A stretch of 64,000 nucleotides of DNA, taken from the IMG/VR virus record IMGVR_UViG_3300005836_000042, positions 3,616 through 67,615 of that record; one strand, 5' to 3'. The notes beneath the pieces were generated by a model. It ran no database searches. It worked only from the letters and a program-made list of their open reading frames with translations, and was not told where the DNA came from. Below, piece after piece: positions 1 through 9,177 of this stretch; the first letter of the stretch is position 1, and every line of letters starts with the position of its first letter. Position numbers and translations under genes: made by a program. Source of the DNA: a virus.

Positions 1-6
1 GCCGCC

Positions 7-279
7 CTACGGATGATCACTATGTTTGCCAGTTAACCGCACTCCGTGGTCAGGGTAGGTCCGAAGCCCATGCGCGACGCAGCGGCCATTTTTGGCGGAG
101 GCCGGCGCGAGACGCCGCGACAGGACCCCGACGCTATGGTGGCAAGACGCCGCAACGGGCCGCCCGTTGCACACGGAAGCCGCGTTGCAGCGGGCATGGC
201 GGCGGAGGTAGAGCGTCGAGTTCTTTGGGACCTTGTAGGGATCGAACACTTCATCCCACCGTGGTTCGAGAGGAAGCAT
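7..279 (-). CDS. hypothetical protein
   Basis: ATG at 279, 5 nt after the TAA of the upstream ORF; first ~30 aa look protein-like, the rest is less typical. Confidence 0.4.
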   Translation of the reverse strand: MLPLEPRWDEVFDPYKVPKNSTLYLRRHARCNAASVCNGRPVAASCHHSVGVLSRRLAPASAKNGRCVAHGLRTYPDHGVRLTGKHSDHP

Positions 280-283
280 GTTG

Positions 284-391
284 TTACCCACGGAGGTTCT
301 CCTCGTCCTTCACCAGCTGAATGACCCACTCGACCAAGGTCCCCAAGGAGAGAACCAGCAGCAATCCGAGCCCTCCCAGAAGGAGAGTCAC
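284..391 (-). CDS. small membrane protein (35 aa, MTLLLGGLGLLLVLSLGTLVEWVIQL...)
   Basis: Read manually; GTG overlaps the TGA of 388-888 (GTGA); one hydrophobic segment. Confidence 0.6.
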   Translation of the reverse strand: MTLLLGGLGLLLVLSLGTLVEWVIQLVKDEENLRG

Positions 392-888
392 TTCCGGCAC
401 CACATGCAGTCGTCGGGGTACGCGAGGGAAAGCCTGCCCTCGCCGCAGGGACAGCGCCAGGGGACGAACAAGACGTTCGCCTGCTCGAAGCTCAGGCCCT
501 GGGCCATGTCCATGACGTTTGCCTTCTCACGGATGGGGTCGCTCCCCAGGATCGCCTGCCACGCGAAGGGGTGTGCAGGAACGCCGTCGACGAGAACCTC
601 GACGTGAACCCCCTCACCACTTGAGGGGCGGATGTGGATCCTCCGCACGTAGTAGCTCTCCATCAGGAAGACGAGGTTGCTGACGAAGGTCTGCATGGAG
701 TGCTGATTGTCGATGTCGAGGTAGAGCCAGCCAGGGATGCCAGTCTTGATCTGGGATTTCTGGAACACGGGCTTGCCAGTTCTTTCGCTCACACGCCTCC
801 TGAATGGGCTCTGCCCTTGGGTGAGGCCAGTGAAGGATCCAGGTGGGTAGACGTTCTTCAGAACCTTCGAGATGTTGGTGAAGGCCAC
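388..888 (-). CDS. compact archaeo-eukaryotic primase (AEP)-like protein
   Basis: hhhDhD motif (LYLDID), SxG-x-G-h-H motif (SSGEGVH), C-terminal CPC...CMWC; near helicase and origin-like tract. Confidence 0.5.
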   Translation of the reverse strand: MAFTNISKVLKNVYPPGSFTGLTQGQSPFRRRVSERTGKPVFQKSQIKTGIPGWLYLDIDNQHSMQTFVSNLVFLMESYYVRRIHIRPSSGEGVHVEVLVDGVPAHPFAWQAILGSDPIREKANVMDMAQGLSFEQANVLFVPWRCPCGEGRLSLAYPDDCMWCRK

Positions 889-1302
889 TTAGGGCTTCCT
901 GAAGGTCCACTTCTCGCACATCGCGAGATGTCCTTCGTAGGCTGACTTGGCGTCGTTGTACCCGTTGAAGTCGACTTCCTGTGGTTCGCTGTAGGTATAG
1001 AGGCAGCATGGAGTGTCGGACTTCTTGGCTGGGAAGACCATGGTCTCGTACTTGCGGCCTGCGCCGATGTCCTCGAATCCGAGTCTCTTCATGTAGTCAG
1101 CCAGCCGTTCGTCTCCTCTACCTTGGAGTTGGATCCCTCGGCTTGAAGCCAGGATCTCTCTCACTGGAGCGTCGGGAAGGTACTCCCCAACTGTGGAGAC
1201 GAGCCAACCTCCCACGAACGTGCAGAGGTGAAACCGGCAGTCCTGCCCCACGATGAGGTGTCCAGGGTGAGGCATCCAAACCCACATTTCTCTCGTCTTC
1301 AT
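889..1302 (-). CDS. phage hypothetical protein
   Basis: 137-aa ORF, tightly packed in operon, typical codon usage. Confidence 0.75.
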   Translation of the reverse strand: MKTREMWVWMPHPGHLIVGQDCRFHLCTFVGGWLVSTVGEYLPDAPVREILASSRGIQLQGRGDERLADYMKRLGFEDIGAGRKYETMVFPAKKSDTPCCLYTYSEPQEVDFNGYNDAKSAYEGHLAMCEKWTFRKP

Positions 1303-1523
1303 TTCATCCCCAAGTATTTCCTGATCAGCTCCTGGGTCTGCAGGTAGCTCTTGTAGTTCGTCTGCTGGTTGATGGCGGCTTCAGCGACTTGCTGAGCCAC
1401 GGTCTTCTGCGGGTGAGGCGGGGGCTTCTCGTCGGGCCTGAGACCCTTGTAGCCCCAGCTCTCGATGTTCCGGACAGCCTCCTCGGTGTAGCGCCCTTCC
1501 GGGTCGCGGATCTCGGGGTTCAA
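1299..1523 (-). CDS. hypothetical protein
   Basis: 74-aa ORF, TTG start, stop overlaps next ATG. Confidence 0.6.
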   Translation of the reverse strand: MNPEIRDPEGRYTEEAVRNIESWGYKGLRPDEKPPPHPQKTVAQQVAEAAINQQTNYKSYLQTQELIRKYLGMK

Positions 1524-1595
1524 AGCCAGGGGTCCAGGGGGGCGGCCAGCCCCCCGGCTGGAGCTGAGCGGCCTCTGGCCGAGCGAAGCGGAAGG

Positions 1596-1680
1596 GCGAA
1601 AACCCCGTTCCGGGTTTTTGCCGGGGGGATACCTATAAGGGGGGAAAGCGGCAAAAACCTAAAAGCGGCAAAAACCCCCC
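1596..1680. repeat. iteron-like repeats, candidate replication origin
   Basis: AAAGCGGCAAAAACC exact direct repeat at 1645-1659 and 1662-1676; inverted CGGCAAAAACC copy near 1613-1623; G/C and A tracts; immediately downstream of the helicase gene. Confidence 0.55.
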
Positions 1681-3006
1681 TCACGAGAACTCCTCGTCCC
1701 AATCTTCTTGTGGCTGAGGAGGTTCCGGCGGCGCCTCGTAGGTCCGCTTCGGACGACCCCCATCGGCCTTCTTTTCCTCGTTCAGCTTCAGGAACTGACC
1801 CTCGACCAGCTCGTTCAGGGCCTTGTCTACCCGCCCGTGGCTCCCGAGTTTCAGCTCCCGGATCTCCTGCTTCGTCATCCCAGGGTTCTTCCGGATCGCC
1901 GCGAGAAGTTGCTCCCCGAGGCGTGACTGCTTCCGCTCGGCCCGCTCTTCCTGCTGCGACCGATACCCCGGTGGTAGGCTCGCGTCCATGACCTCGTCAG
2001 CGCTCGCTCCGCTCACGTCCTTCCACACCACGGTCACGACACCCTTGCCGTCGTCGACCAGCTCATAGACCAGCGTTGGCGCCTTCACGTCGAGGTTCGA
2101 CTTGTAGTTGGCGAGGTGCATCTTTCCCTTCGCCCCCGCAGCGAGCAGGCACGTCCGTGCAGCTGCCGCAATGGCGATGGAGCTTCCTCCCCGGTACATC
2201 GTCTTCGAGTGGAGAGCTTTGTTGAGGTGACGAACGAGAACGATCGCGCTCTCGGTGTGGGCGGCAAGCGCTGCGAGTGGACTCAGGACCTTCCGCATCT
2301 TGGCGTCCTGCCCTGAGTCGATCCCGTCGTCGAGCATCGCGAGCACTGGATCCACCAGCACGAGGCGAGCCCTCCGCTCCAGGATCATGTCCTTCAGCTT
2401 GCCAACGTCGTTGGGGAAGCTCAGCGGCTCCAGCGCGACGAACACCCTGCTCGCGTCAGCATGTGCAGCGTGGACACGGGGGGCGATCGTGTTGGAGATC
2501 GAGTCCTCAGCGCTGACGATCAGCGAGTTTGCTGGGCGGAGGCCTTCTGCCTCGAACGGCATCGCTGTCCCAGTAGAGAGCCGTGCCATCAGGTCGAGCA
2601 TGATGCTCGTCTTCCCGCAGCCGGGGTCCCCGTCGATGATGCACAGCGTACCGAAGGCAATCCGCTTCGGCCACAACCAGGGAACCGGTTCAGCCTTCAC
2701 GTCCGAGATGGCCTTGGTCCGGGTCTGCTTCCCGGTCGGGTGGGCGCTCGCGATGTCGGGCGTTAGAGGAGCTGGAGGCTTCGGCTCAGCGTGCTGAAGG
2801 TAGTCGTACTCGAAGCCCGTCGTTGGCTTCTCGTAGTTGTGCTCTTCCAGCTCCCACTCGGCCTTCAGCCGCTCTGCGGCTTCGGCGTCCTCCCTCTCCC
2901 GCTGGGCTTCTTCGAGCGCGCGGATTCGGACGTCGTCCTCGAACTCCAGATCCTCATGGGAGGGGAACTTGGGCTCACCCGTGCTATCTTCAGCGTGCTG
3001 GGCCAA
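1681..3006 (-). CDS. RepA-like AAA_25 (SF4-related) replicative helicase/ATPase
   Basis: Walker A GDPGCGKT, Walker B LVLVDP, VRHLNK...YRGGSSIAI motif, C-terminal winged-helix-like region; AAGGAG SD before TTG. Confidence 0.85.
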   Translation of the reverse strand: MAQHAEDSTGEPKFPSHEDLEFEDDVRIRALEEAQREREDAEAAERLKAEWELEEHNYEKPTTGFEYDYLQHAEPKPPAPLTPDIASAHPTGKQTRTKAISDVKAEPVPWLWPKRIAFGTLCIIDGDPGCGKTSIMLDLMARLSTGTAMPFEAEGLRPANSLIVSAEDSISNTIAPRVHAAHADASRVFVALEPLSFPNDVGKLKDMILERRARLVLVDPVLAMLDDGIDSGQDAKMRKVLSPLAALAAHTESAIVLVRHLNKALHSKTMYRGGSSIAIAAAARTCLLAAGAKGKMHLANYKSNLDVKAPTLVYELVDDGKGVVTVVWKDVSGASADEVMDASLPPGYRSQQEERAERKQSRLGEQLLAAIRKNPGMTKQEIRELKLGSHGRVDKALNELVEGQFLKLNEEKKADGGRPKRTYEAPPEPPQPQEDWDEEFS

Positions 3007-3103
3007 AGGCTGCTCACTCCTTGGCTCGGAAGTCCGGTCCCTCGGTGCTGGGCACGCCGCCGGGGGACCGGGCGATCTTTGCCGTCCCCAATAATACGCT
3101 TGC

Positions 3104-4759
3104 GTGCCTCGGAGCGCCAGCGGTTTGTCGCAGCCGACTTTCGAGGAACTGATCCGGAGTCAGGAGGCACGGGACAAGCTCTCGCTTCCCCAACTCCAAC
3201 AGTTCTACGACAAGCTCAAGGAAGCAGCGGCAGGGATCGGCAGGTCTCGGGGGATCCCCAATAACCCTGGAGACTTCGCTGCAGAACTCTCCGGAGGCGA
3301 GTGGATTCACGCCAGGCACCTCGACTTTCTGTCCAACTTGCTGGCGCGAGCCGAGCGGCGCGAGATCCGCAGACTGATGGTCTCGATGCCTCCCCGCCAC
3401 GGCAAGAGCCTGCTCATCAACGTGTGGTTCCCCATCTGGTGGCTTACTCGCCACCCAAAGGACACCGTCGTCCTGGCAGGCTATGGGGAGCGCTTCGCTC
3501 GGGAATGGGGTGGCAAGGTTCGGGATCTGATCATCCAGAACCGCGAGAAGCTGAACCTCGTGGTCAAGGACGACTCTGTTGCTGCGGACGACTGGCGACT
3601 GAACATGGGCGGCGGAATGATCTCGGTCGGAGTCGGCGGAGCCCTGACAGGACGAGGCGCGCACCTCCTGATCATCGACGACCCGATCAAGAACGAGCAG
3701 GAGGCCAACTCCGAGGTCTACCGCGAGCGCATGTGGAACTGGTGGCAGGCGACGTCTTCCACGAGAATCGAGCCCAACGGCGTCGTGGTCCTCGTTGCAA
3801 CGCGCTGGCACGAAGACGATCTCCTGGGAAGGCTGAGCAAGGAGAAGGACGCCTCATGGGAGATCGTCAACCTCCCCGCCATCGCGGAGGAGAACGACGC
3901 GCTTGGCAGGGCAGTTGGGGATCCCCTCTGGCCAGAGCGCTGGGCGAACGACGACCCTGACTACGAGATCCGCAAGAAAACTTCGGGGCCGTACTGGTGG
4001 TCGGCGCTCTTTCAGGGCAGGCCGTCGCCACCTGGTGGTGGCATCTTCCAACGGGAGGACTGGCAGTTCTTCAGCGACGTCAAGCAGGTGATCTCTGAGG
4101 CTGACCAGATGGTGCAGTGCTGGGACCTTGCGATGAAGGACAAGACGTCGAGCGACTACACCGTGGGGCAGGTGTGGGCCAGGAAGGGGGCTGACTTCTT
4201 CCTCGTCGACCAGATCCGTGGCCACTTCGATCTCGCTGCGATCGAGCGCTACATGAAGATGTTCACCCTGAAGTACCCCAAGGCTCTCGCCAAGCTCGTC
4301 GAGGACGCGGCTCTTGGCCCGGCGCTGAAGCAGAGGCTTCAGCACGAGGTCTCGGGGATCGTCCCCATCAAGGTCTCTGCAGGTCCGAAGTCCCCTTCCA
4401 AGACAGCTCGTGCGCAGAACGTGGTGCCCTATCTGCAGGGCCACAACATCTACCTTCGGGCTGAAGAGGATGGGACGAAGCCGCAGTGGGTCTGGGAGTT
4501 CATCGAGGAGTGCGCTCAGTTCGACAAGGGTGCCCACGACGATCAGGTCGACGCGATGGGCCATGCGATTGCCTACATGCAGCCTGGCGGCTGGAGGGAC
4601 ATCAAGAAGGCGCTCGCGGAGGCGATGGAGAAGGACCCGAGCAACGTGATGACTCCTCAGCAAGCGCGACAGGTGTGGTTCGCAGAGAAGACGAAGCAGG
4701 TTCGCAAGCGTGCTGACAGGTTGTTCAACCCGCCACGGCGGGGGACGAGGATGTGGTGA
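3104..4759 (+). CDS. terL: terminase large subunit
   Basis: Walker A MPPRHGKS, LTGRGAHLLIIDDP, TRWHEDDL, RNaseH-like WDLA and HDDQVDA motifs. Confidence 0.97.
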   Translation: MPRSASGLSQPTFEELIRSQEARDKLSLPQLQQFYDKLKEAAAGIGRSRGIPNNPGDFAAELSGGEWIHARHLDFLSNLLARAERREIRRLMVSMPPRHGKSLLINVWFPIWWLTRHPKDTVVLAGYGERFAREWGGKVRDLIIQNREKLNLVVKDDSVAADDWRLNMGGGMISVGVGGALTGRGAHLLIIDDPIKNEQEANSEVYRERMWNWWQATSSTRIEPNGVVVLVATRWHEDDLLGRLSKEKDASWEIVNLPAIAEENDALGRAVGDPLWPERWANDDPDYEIRKKTSGPYWWSALFQGRPSPPGGGIFQREDWQFFSDVKQVISEADQMVQCWDLAMKDKTSSDYTVGQVWARKGADFFLVDQIRGHFDLAAIERYMKMFTLKYPKALAKLVEDAALGPALKQRLQHEVSGIVPIKVSAGPKSPSKTARAQNVVPYLQGHNIYLRAEEDGTKPQWVWEFIEECAQFDKGAHDDQVDAMGHAIAYMQPGGWRDIKKALAEAMEKDPSNVMTPQQARQVWFAEKTKQVRKRADRLFNPPRRGTRMW

Positions 4760-4963
4760 ATGGTGACCTACAGGGTCTACGTGCACGGGCCAGGGCGAAA
4801 GGCGTTCGCCCTTGGGCAGTCGCACTTCAGCCTCAAGAGGGCCATCCGCTCAGCTGCGGATAGCGCAACCAAGATCGTCGGAAGGAAGATGGTCCCCCAC
4901 AGGATTATCGGAAGCGGCTTCGAGGGAACGCAACTTCTGGTGCTGCATCTGATGGCTCTCTAG
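4760..4963 (+). CDS. hypothetical protein
   Basis: 67-aa ORF starting directly after the terL stop. Confidence 0.6.
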   Translation: MVTYRVYVHGPGRKAFALGQSHFSLKRAIRSAADSATKIVGRKMVPHRIIGSGFEGTQLLVLHLMAL

Positions 4964-4994
4964 AGCCCGAGGCTGGAGACCACGTAAGCTCTGG

Positions 4995-5034
4995 GGGCGG
5001 GGGTCGGCTCAGGGGCTCGGCCCCCGTCCTTATT
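4995..5034 (+). terminator. putative intrinsic terminator
   Basis: ~13-bp GC-rich stem (GGGCGGGGGTCGG / CTCGGCCCCCGTCC, with G-U pairs) followed by TTATT. Confidence 0.5.
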
Positions 5035-5061
5035 GACAGCACGCTGGGAATTTGGTCCTAT
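5033..5061 (+). promoter_or_regulatory. putative sigma70-type promoter for head operon
   Basis: Perfect TTGACA, 17-bp spacer, then TG-G-TCCTAT (weak -10 with TGn extension). Confidence 0.35.
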
Positions 5062-5081
5062 CACCCCTAGCGGGGTGGTAG

Positions 5082-5420
5082 ATGGGCTGGTTCGACCACG
5101 CGCGTGACGACGCGCTGGTCATTCTAAAAGCCGAGAACAGCGACTTGCGTGCGCAGCTCCGTGCGGAGCGTACGCAGTTCGCGGAGGAGCGCCAGCAGCT
5201 TCTCGACAGGATCATCGCCCTCTCGCGCCCCGAGATCCACCGTGAGCTTCACCCCCGCGCAGCAGTCGTCCCTCAGCGCCAGCCCCAACGCAAGGTGGGG
5301 CTTCCTGGCTCTGGGCATCTGGTGCCACGTCCGGATCCACCGGCTGAACGCATCGACCCTGAGGCGCTCTATCACCTGCCCGCGCAGAGAGAAGAGCCCA
5401 TGGAGGAGACGCCCAGCTGA
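5082..5420 (+). CDS. hypothetical coiled-coil protein
   Basis: 112 aa; stop overlaps the portal ATG (TGATG). Confidence 0.75.
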   Translation: MGWFDHARDDALVILKAENSDLRAQLRAERTQFAEERQQLLDRIIALSRPEIHRELHPRAAVVPQRQPQRKVGLPGSGHLVPRPDPPAERIDPEALYHLPAQREEPMEETPS

Positions 5421-8155
5421 TGGCGATGCAGGCCCGCTACCCGCAGCCCTCGCAGCGGTACGCGCGGTTCCCCAGGATCGACGCCGATGCCTCCGAGATC
5501 ATCGGCTACCGCGACACCCACTTCGCAGACTTCCAGACCTTCCGAAACCACGTCCTTTCCGAGATTGCGCGCAGCGTGCTGTACAAGCACGGGCAGCAGT
5601 GGATCGAGCGTGAGAGCGAAGTCCTGACGGATGGGGCGCGCGGGTACGCCTGGAAGGCGCTCCAACCCAACGCCGACGTGGAGCGCCCGATGCCGGTGGA
5701 CAACCGGGTTGGGGCTTCGATAGACGTCGAGTTCGCCACGCTCTCCAAGAGGCAGTGGCAGCCCAAGATCCCGACCTACTCGCGTGACCCCCGCAGGGAA
5801 GCGAGCGCCAAGGTCGCGGGGAGCATCCTGAAGGACCGGATGAAGAAGCTGTCGTGGGACGATCTCCGCGACCGCTTCACCATGAACGACATCTCGCATG
5901 GCATCGCGATCATGAAGTCGTTCTGGAACGAGTCCTACTACGACGTGACGTGGATCCAGTCGTCGGACGCGATGAAGTGCCAGCAGTGCGAGCGGACGCT
6001 CAGCTCACCACGAGTTCCTTCCGGGCTCGTGAACATGCTGAGGAACGGGCAGACCGTGACGCCCGATGCGATGGAAGGGCCGCTTGACGCGATGCTCACC
6101 AACTGCCCGATGTGCACGGGGCCGCTCGCTCCGATGGACGTCGACCAGCAGGACTCCAAGGACATGTTCCAACGCCCGATGGGGGAGTACGTCCCCAAGG
6201 GCAACACCGACCTGGAGATCGTCTCGGCCTTCGAGTACTACCCTCAGAACGCGGGGATCTACGTCAACACCAACACGATCAAGCAGCACGGGGTGTGTAA
6301 GGTCCGCTCGCTCGACTGGGTGGAAGAGCACTTCCCCTGGCTCGAAGGCAAGATCGACCCGGAGCCTCCTGAGGAGCTGATGCGGTTCCACCCCACGTTG
6401 GGGATGTGGGACTACGTAGGCAGGTTCCACCCGACGCTCGACTCGGGCATGTTCGACTGCCACGTCCGGGTGTTCGAGATGTACGCTGAGCCCTCCTACC
6501 GCTACCCCGAGGGACGGAGCATCATCGTCATCGGCAGGCAGCAGGACGTGATCGCCGTCAACGAGCCGTTGGTGGTGAGCATTCAGGACGAGACCACAGG
6601 CGACAAGGTCTCCGTCCCCAAGGTCTGCTTTGGCGTTGCGGTGTGGAAGGAGGTCGAGGACGTCCTGTGGGGCAGGAACCTCCCGGCTGACATCATCTCC
6701 CCGCAGAACCGGCTGAACGGGATCGACTCCCAGACGGTCGAAGCCAGGGAGCGGATGGGCTCCCCCAATCTCATGATCCCCGAGGATGCGGACCTGCAGG
6801 GTCCGGAGTACGACGCCTCCTACGGGGTGGGCAAACTGTTCCGCTACCAACCCTCTGTGGTGGTCCCCGGTGCGAAGCCCGAGGTGTTCGGCTCAGTGCT
6901 GATGCCTGCAGGGGTGAACGAGGAGCGGCAAAGCGTCGAGAGTTCCATCACCAAGATCATCGGGCCAGCCGACATCGAGATCGGAGAGGCGCCCAGGAAC
7001 GTCACCACCACGAGCGGGCTCCAGATCTTGGGAGAGCAGGCTGAGCGGAGGCGTGCGACCCGTGAGCGCTCGCTGACCAGCGCTTTCCAGAAGATCTGGG
7101 AGCACCAGATGCAGATGTTGTGGGTGCTCCGGATCGACGAGGACACCTACGAGGAGACCTCTCCTGATGGCTCGTGGGAGCTGAAGCAGTACAACCGCGA
7201 CTCGATCGCCGGACACACGCGGGTGGAGATCGAGAAGCAGGCCTACATCGACAGGTCGATCGTCCTCCGGGAGGCTTCTCGTGAGGCTCAGGTGGACGGG
7301 CTCTACGGACCACCGGCGCTCTTCTCTCCGCTGGTCAGGAAGAAGCTGTTGGAGCTGCGGGGGCTGCCCACCGACGTCAACGAGGAGTCCAACCTGCAGA
7401 TCGACCACGCGAAGCGGACGTGGGTGGACTTCGTCGATGACGGCAAGATCCCCGTGATCGACCAATCGGTGGACGACCCCAACATCAACTTCCAGGTTCT
7501 GGGCGCGCAGTTCAAACAGGACGAGGGGCTCAGGCTGTCGGAGGAGCACGGCTGGTTCGCCATCGTTGGGGACTTGTCTGGGTGGAAGGACGACCTTCTT
7601 CGTCTGCAGCAACAGGACATGATGATGCGGCAGATGTACGTCAACGAGGAGCAGGCCCCCCAGATCTACGGACAGCTGACGATCGCCTATCAGGACGCCA
7701 AGGCTGCCTTCGAGCAGGCCAAGCTCCAGCCGCCGCCGACCGTTCCTGGGATGCCACCCGAGCAGCAGCAGCTTCAGGAGCCACAGCCTCCACCGCCTCC
7801 CGTGTTCGCGCCGCGCCAGATCGAGAAGCAGATCATGCTGGTCTGGGCGCAGCTGCTGAAGCGGACCGACTCGATGCAGAAGTGGGCCGAGGCGGAGGGA
7901 ATGAAGCAGCTCAAGAGCCCGGAGGAGATGGTCCAGAAGATGGAGAACTACCTCCGCTTCCGGGCGTACTTCGAGGGCTTCGGCGTGTTGGGGGGAGCGG
8001 CTGCTCCCACTCCTGGGAGTCTCCCGGAGGGTGTCGTTCCACAGCCGCCCCAGACTTCGCCACCGCAGCAACCGGGGGCGCAGCAAGGTGGGCCTCCTCC
8101 AACCTCTGGAGCTGCAGCCAGCCCGCTCCCCCCAAGTCCACCGGTTGGCCAGTGA
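5420..8155 (+). CDS. portal (head-tail connector) protein with CxxC...CxxC insertion and Pro/Gln-rich tail
   Basis: Follows terL; DN-type N-terminal motif (VDNRV), helical stem, GEAPRNVTTTSGLQIL; size fits P22-like portals. Confidence 0.85.
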   Translation: MAMQARYPQPSQRYARFPRIDADASEIIGYRDTHFADFQTFRNHVLSEIARSVLYKHGQQWIERESEVLTDGARGYAWKALQPNADVERPMPVDNRVGASIDVEFATLSKRQWQPKIPTYSRDPRREASAKVAGSILKDRMKKLSWDDLRDRFTMNDISHGIAIMKSFWNESYYDVTWIQSSDAMKCQQCERTLSSPRVPSGLVNMLRNGQTVTPDAMEGPLDAMLTNCPMCTGPLAPMDVDQQDSKDMFQRPMGEYVPKGNTDLEIVSAFEYYPQNAGIYVNTNTIKQHGVCKVRSLDWVEEHFPWLEGKIDPEPPEELMRFHPTLGMWDYVGRFHPTLDSGMFDCHVRVFEMYAEPSYRYPEGRSIIVIGRQQDVIAVNEPLVVSIQDETTGDKVSVPKVCFGVAVWKEVEDVLWGRNLPADIISPQNRLNGIDSQTVEARERMGSPNLMIPEDADLQGPEYDASYGVGKLFRYQPSVVVPGAKPEVFGSVLMPAGVNEERQSVESSITKIIGPADIEIGEAPRNVTTTSGLQILGEQAERRRATRERSLTSAFQKIWEHQMQMLWVLRIDEDTYEETSPDGSWELKQYNRDSIAGHTRVEIEKQAYIDRSIVLREASREAQVDGLYGPPALFSPLVRKKLLELRGLPTDVNEESNLQIDHAKRTWVDFVDDGKIPVIDQSVDDPNINFQVLGAQFKQDEGLRLSEEHGWFAIVGDLSGWKDDLLRLQQQDMMMRQMYVNEEQAPQIYGQLTIAYQDAKAAFEQAKLQPPPTVPGMPPEQQQLQEPQPPPPPVFAPRQIEKQIMLVWAQLLKRTDSMQKWAEAEGMKQLKSPEEMVQKMENYLRFRAYFEGFGVLGGAAAPTPGSLPEGVVPQPPQTSPPQQPGAQQGGPPPTSGAAASPLPPSPPVGQ

Positions 8156-8164
8156 GGTAGCGAG

Positions 8165-8533
8165 ATGATGAACCCATCTGGGCTCAGGAGGGCGATGATG
8201 GCGGCAGCTGACGCGGAGAAGAAGAAGAAGCCGGTTGCCCCGACGTCAGCCGACGTTGCACGGCGTGGTGCGATCAACAGCGGTGGCTTCGAGGGAGAGC
8301 AGGCCCGTGCGCAGGCTGCGCGGGAGAAGGCCACCGGAGCCGCTGCCGCTCAGGAGCGGGCGGCAAACGAGGGGTCCTACGCAGGGCTGGGGCTCGCTGA
8401 CCGGGCGGCAGCCGAGCGGCTGATCCGGAGCGGCGAGGCGAAGACCCAGGACGAGGCTGCGGGGATCATCAAGAAGCGGAAGGCCAAGCCGACGACTGCG
8501 GGGGCGCAGGCGAAGGCGCTGGAGAAGCCATGA
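8165..8533 (+). CDS. Ala/Lys-rich hypothetical virion-module protein
   Basis: 122 aa; AGAQAKAL near the C-terminus. Confidence 0.8.
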   Translation: MMNPSGLRRAMMAAADAEKKKKPVAPTSADVARRGAINSGGFEGEQARAQAAREKATGAAAAQERAANEGSYAGLGLADRAAAERLIRSGEAKTQDEAAGIIKKRKAKPTTAGAQAKALEKP

Positions 8534-8763
8534 TGATGGACATGCCCGACGAGACGCTGCCCACGGCATCGCTCCAGGCGAACGCGCTGGAGTCGCTCGC
8601 ACCGGACTCCGAGATCAAGCGCATGGAGAAGATGCTCGCGCAGCAGGCTGCGAACGCAATGCAGCCTCAAGGTGAGGAGATGGGTGAGGCTCCAGACGCC
8701 GACGAGCCGCTATCGCTGGAAAAGCTGATGGCGAGCGGCGAAGAGCCCGACATCTACGACTGA
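8530..8763 (+). CDS. acidic hypothetical protein
   Basis: 77 aa, ATGA overlap; contains ASLQANAL. Confidence 0.75.
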   Translation: MMMDMPDETLPTASLQANALESLAPDSEIKRMEKMLAQQAANAMQPQGEEMGEAPDADEPLSLEKLMASGEEPDIYD

Positions 8764-8903
8764 TGCCGCACACCCACGAGTGTCCGCTCTGCGACTCGAA
8801 GTACAGCTGCAGCGACCTGGGCTGTGAGGAGATGCCCATCAACATCTGTGAGGAGTGCATGAAGGGCATCGACGAAGTTCCTGCGGAGGAAGTCGTTCAT
8901 TGA
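8763..8903 (+). CDS. 46-aa Cys-rich microprotein (MPHTHECPLCDSKYSCSDLGCEEMPINICEECM...)
   Basis: Read manually (below the ORF-track cutoff); TGATG coupling; 6 Cys. Confidence 0.65.
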   Translation: MPHTHECPLCDSKYSCSDLGCEEMPINICEECMKGIDEVPAEEVVH

Positions 8904-9139
8904 AGCTCATCTCCTGTACGAAGTGTGGGGCGAGACGGATTGGCCCCAAGAACGACAAGCACCCCAAGGGTGCGCCCGTCGTGATGGCCTTTTTCAGCAG
9001 CCCTGGCGCGATCGTCATGAAGTGCCACCGCTGCACGCACGCGATGAAGCTCACGGCAGTCGAGTTCCACCGTCTACCGGTGTTGACTGCTGGGGAGCTG
9101 GAGGACCTTGGCTTCTCTAGCCAGCTTGCTGTACAGTAG
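8900..9139 (+). CDS. Mu Com-like zinc-ribbon protein
   Basis: GGAGGA SD then TTG; MKLISCTKCG...IVMKCHRC matches the Com-type CxxC...IxhKCxRC pattern. Confidence 0.55.
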   Translation: MKLISCTKCGARRIGPKNDKHPKGAPVVMAFFSSPGAIVMKCHRCTHAMKLTAVEFHRLPVLTAGELEDLGFSSQLAVQ

Positions 9140-9177
9140 TCCGAACTTGAACGGGTCTACCCCGTGAGAGGAACCAG

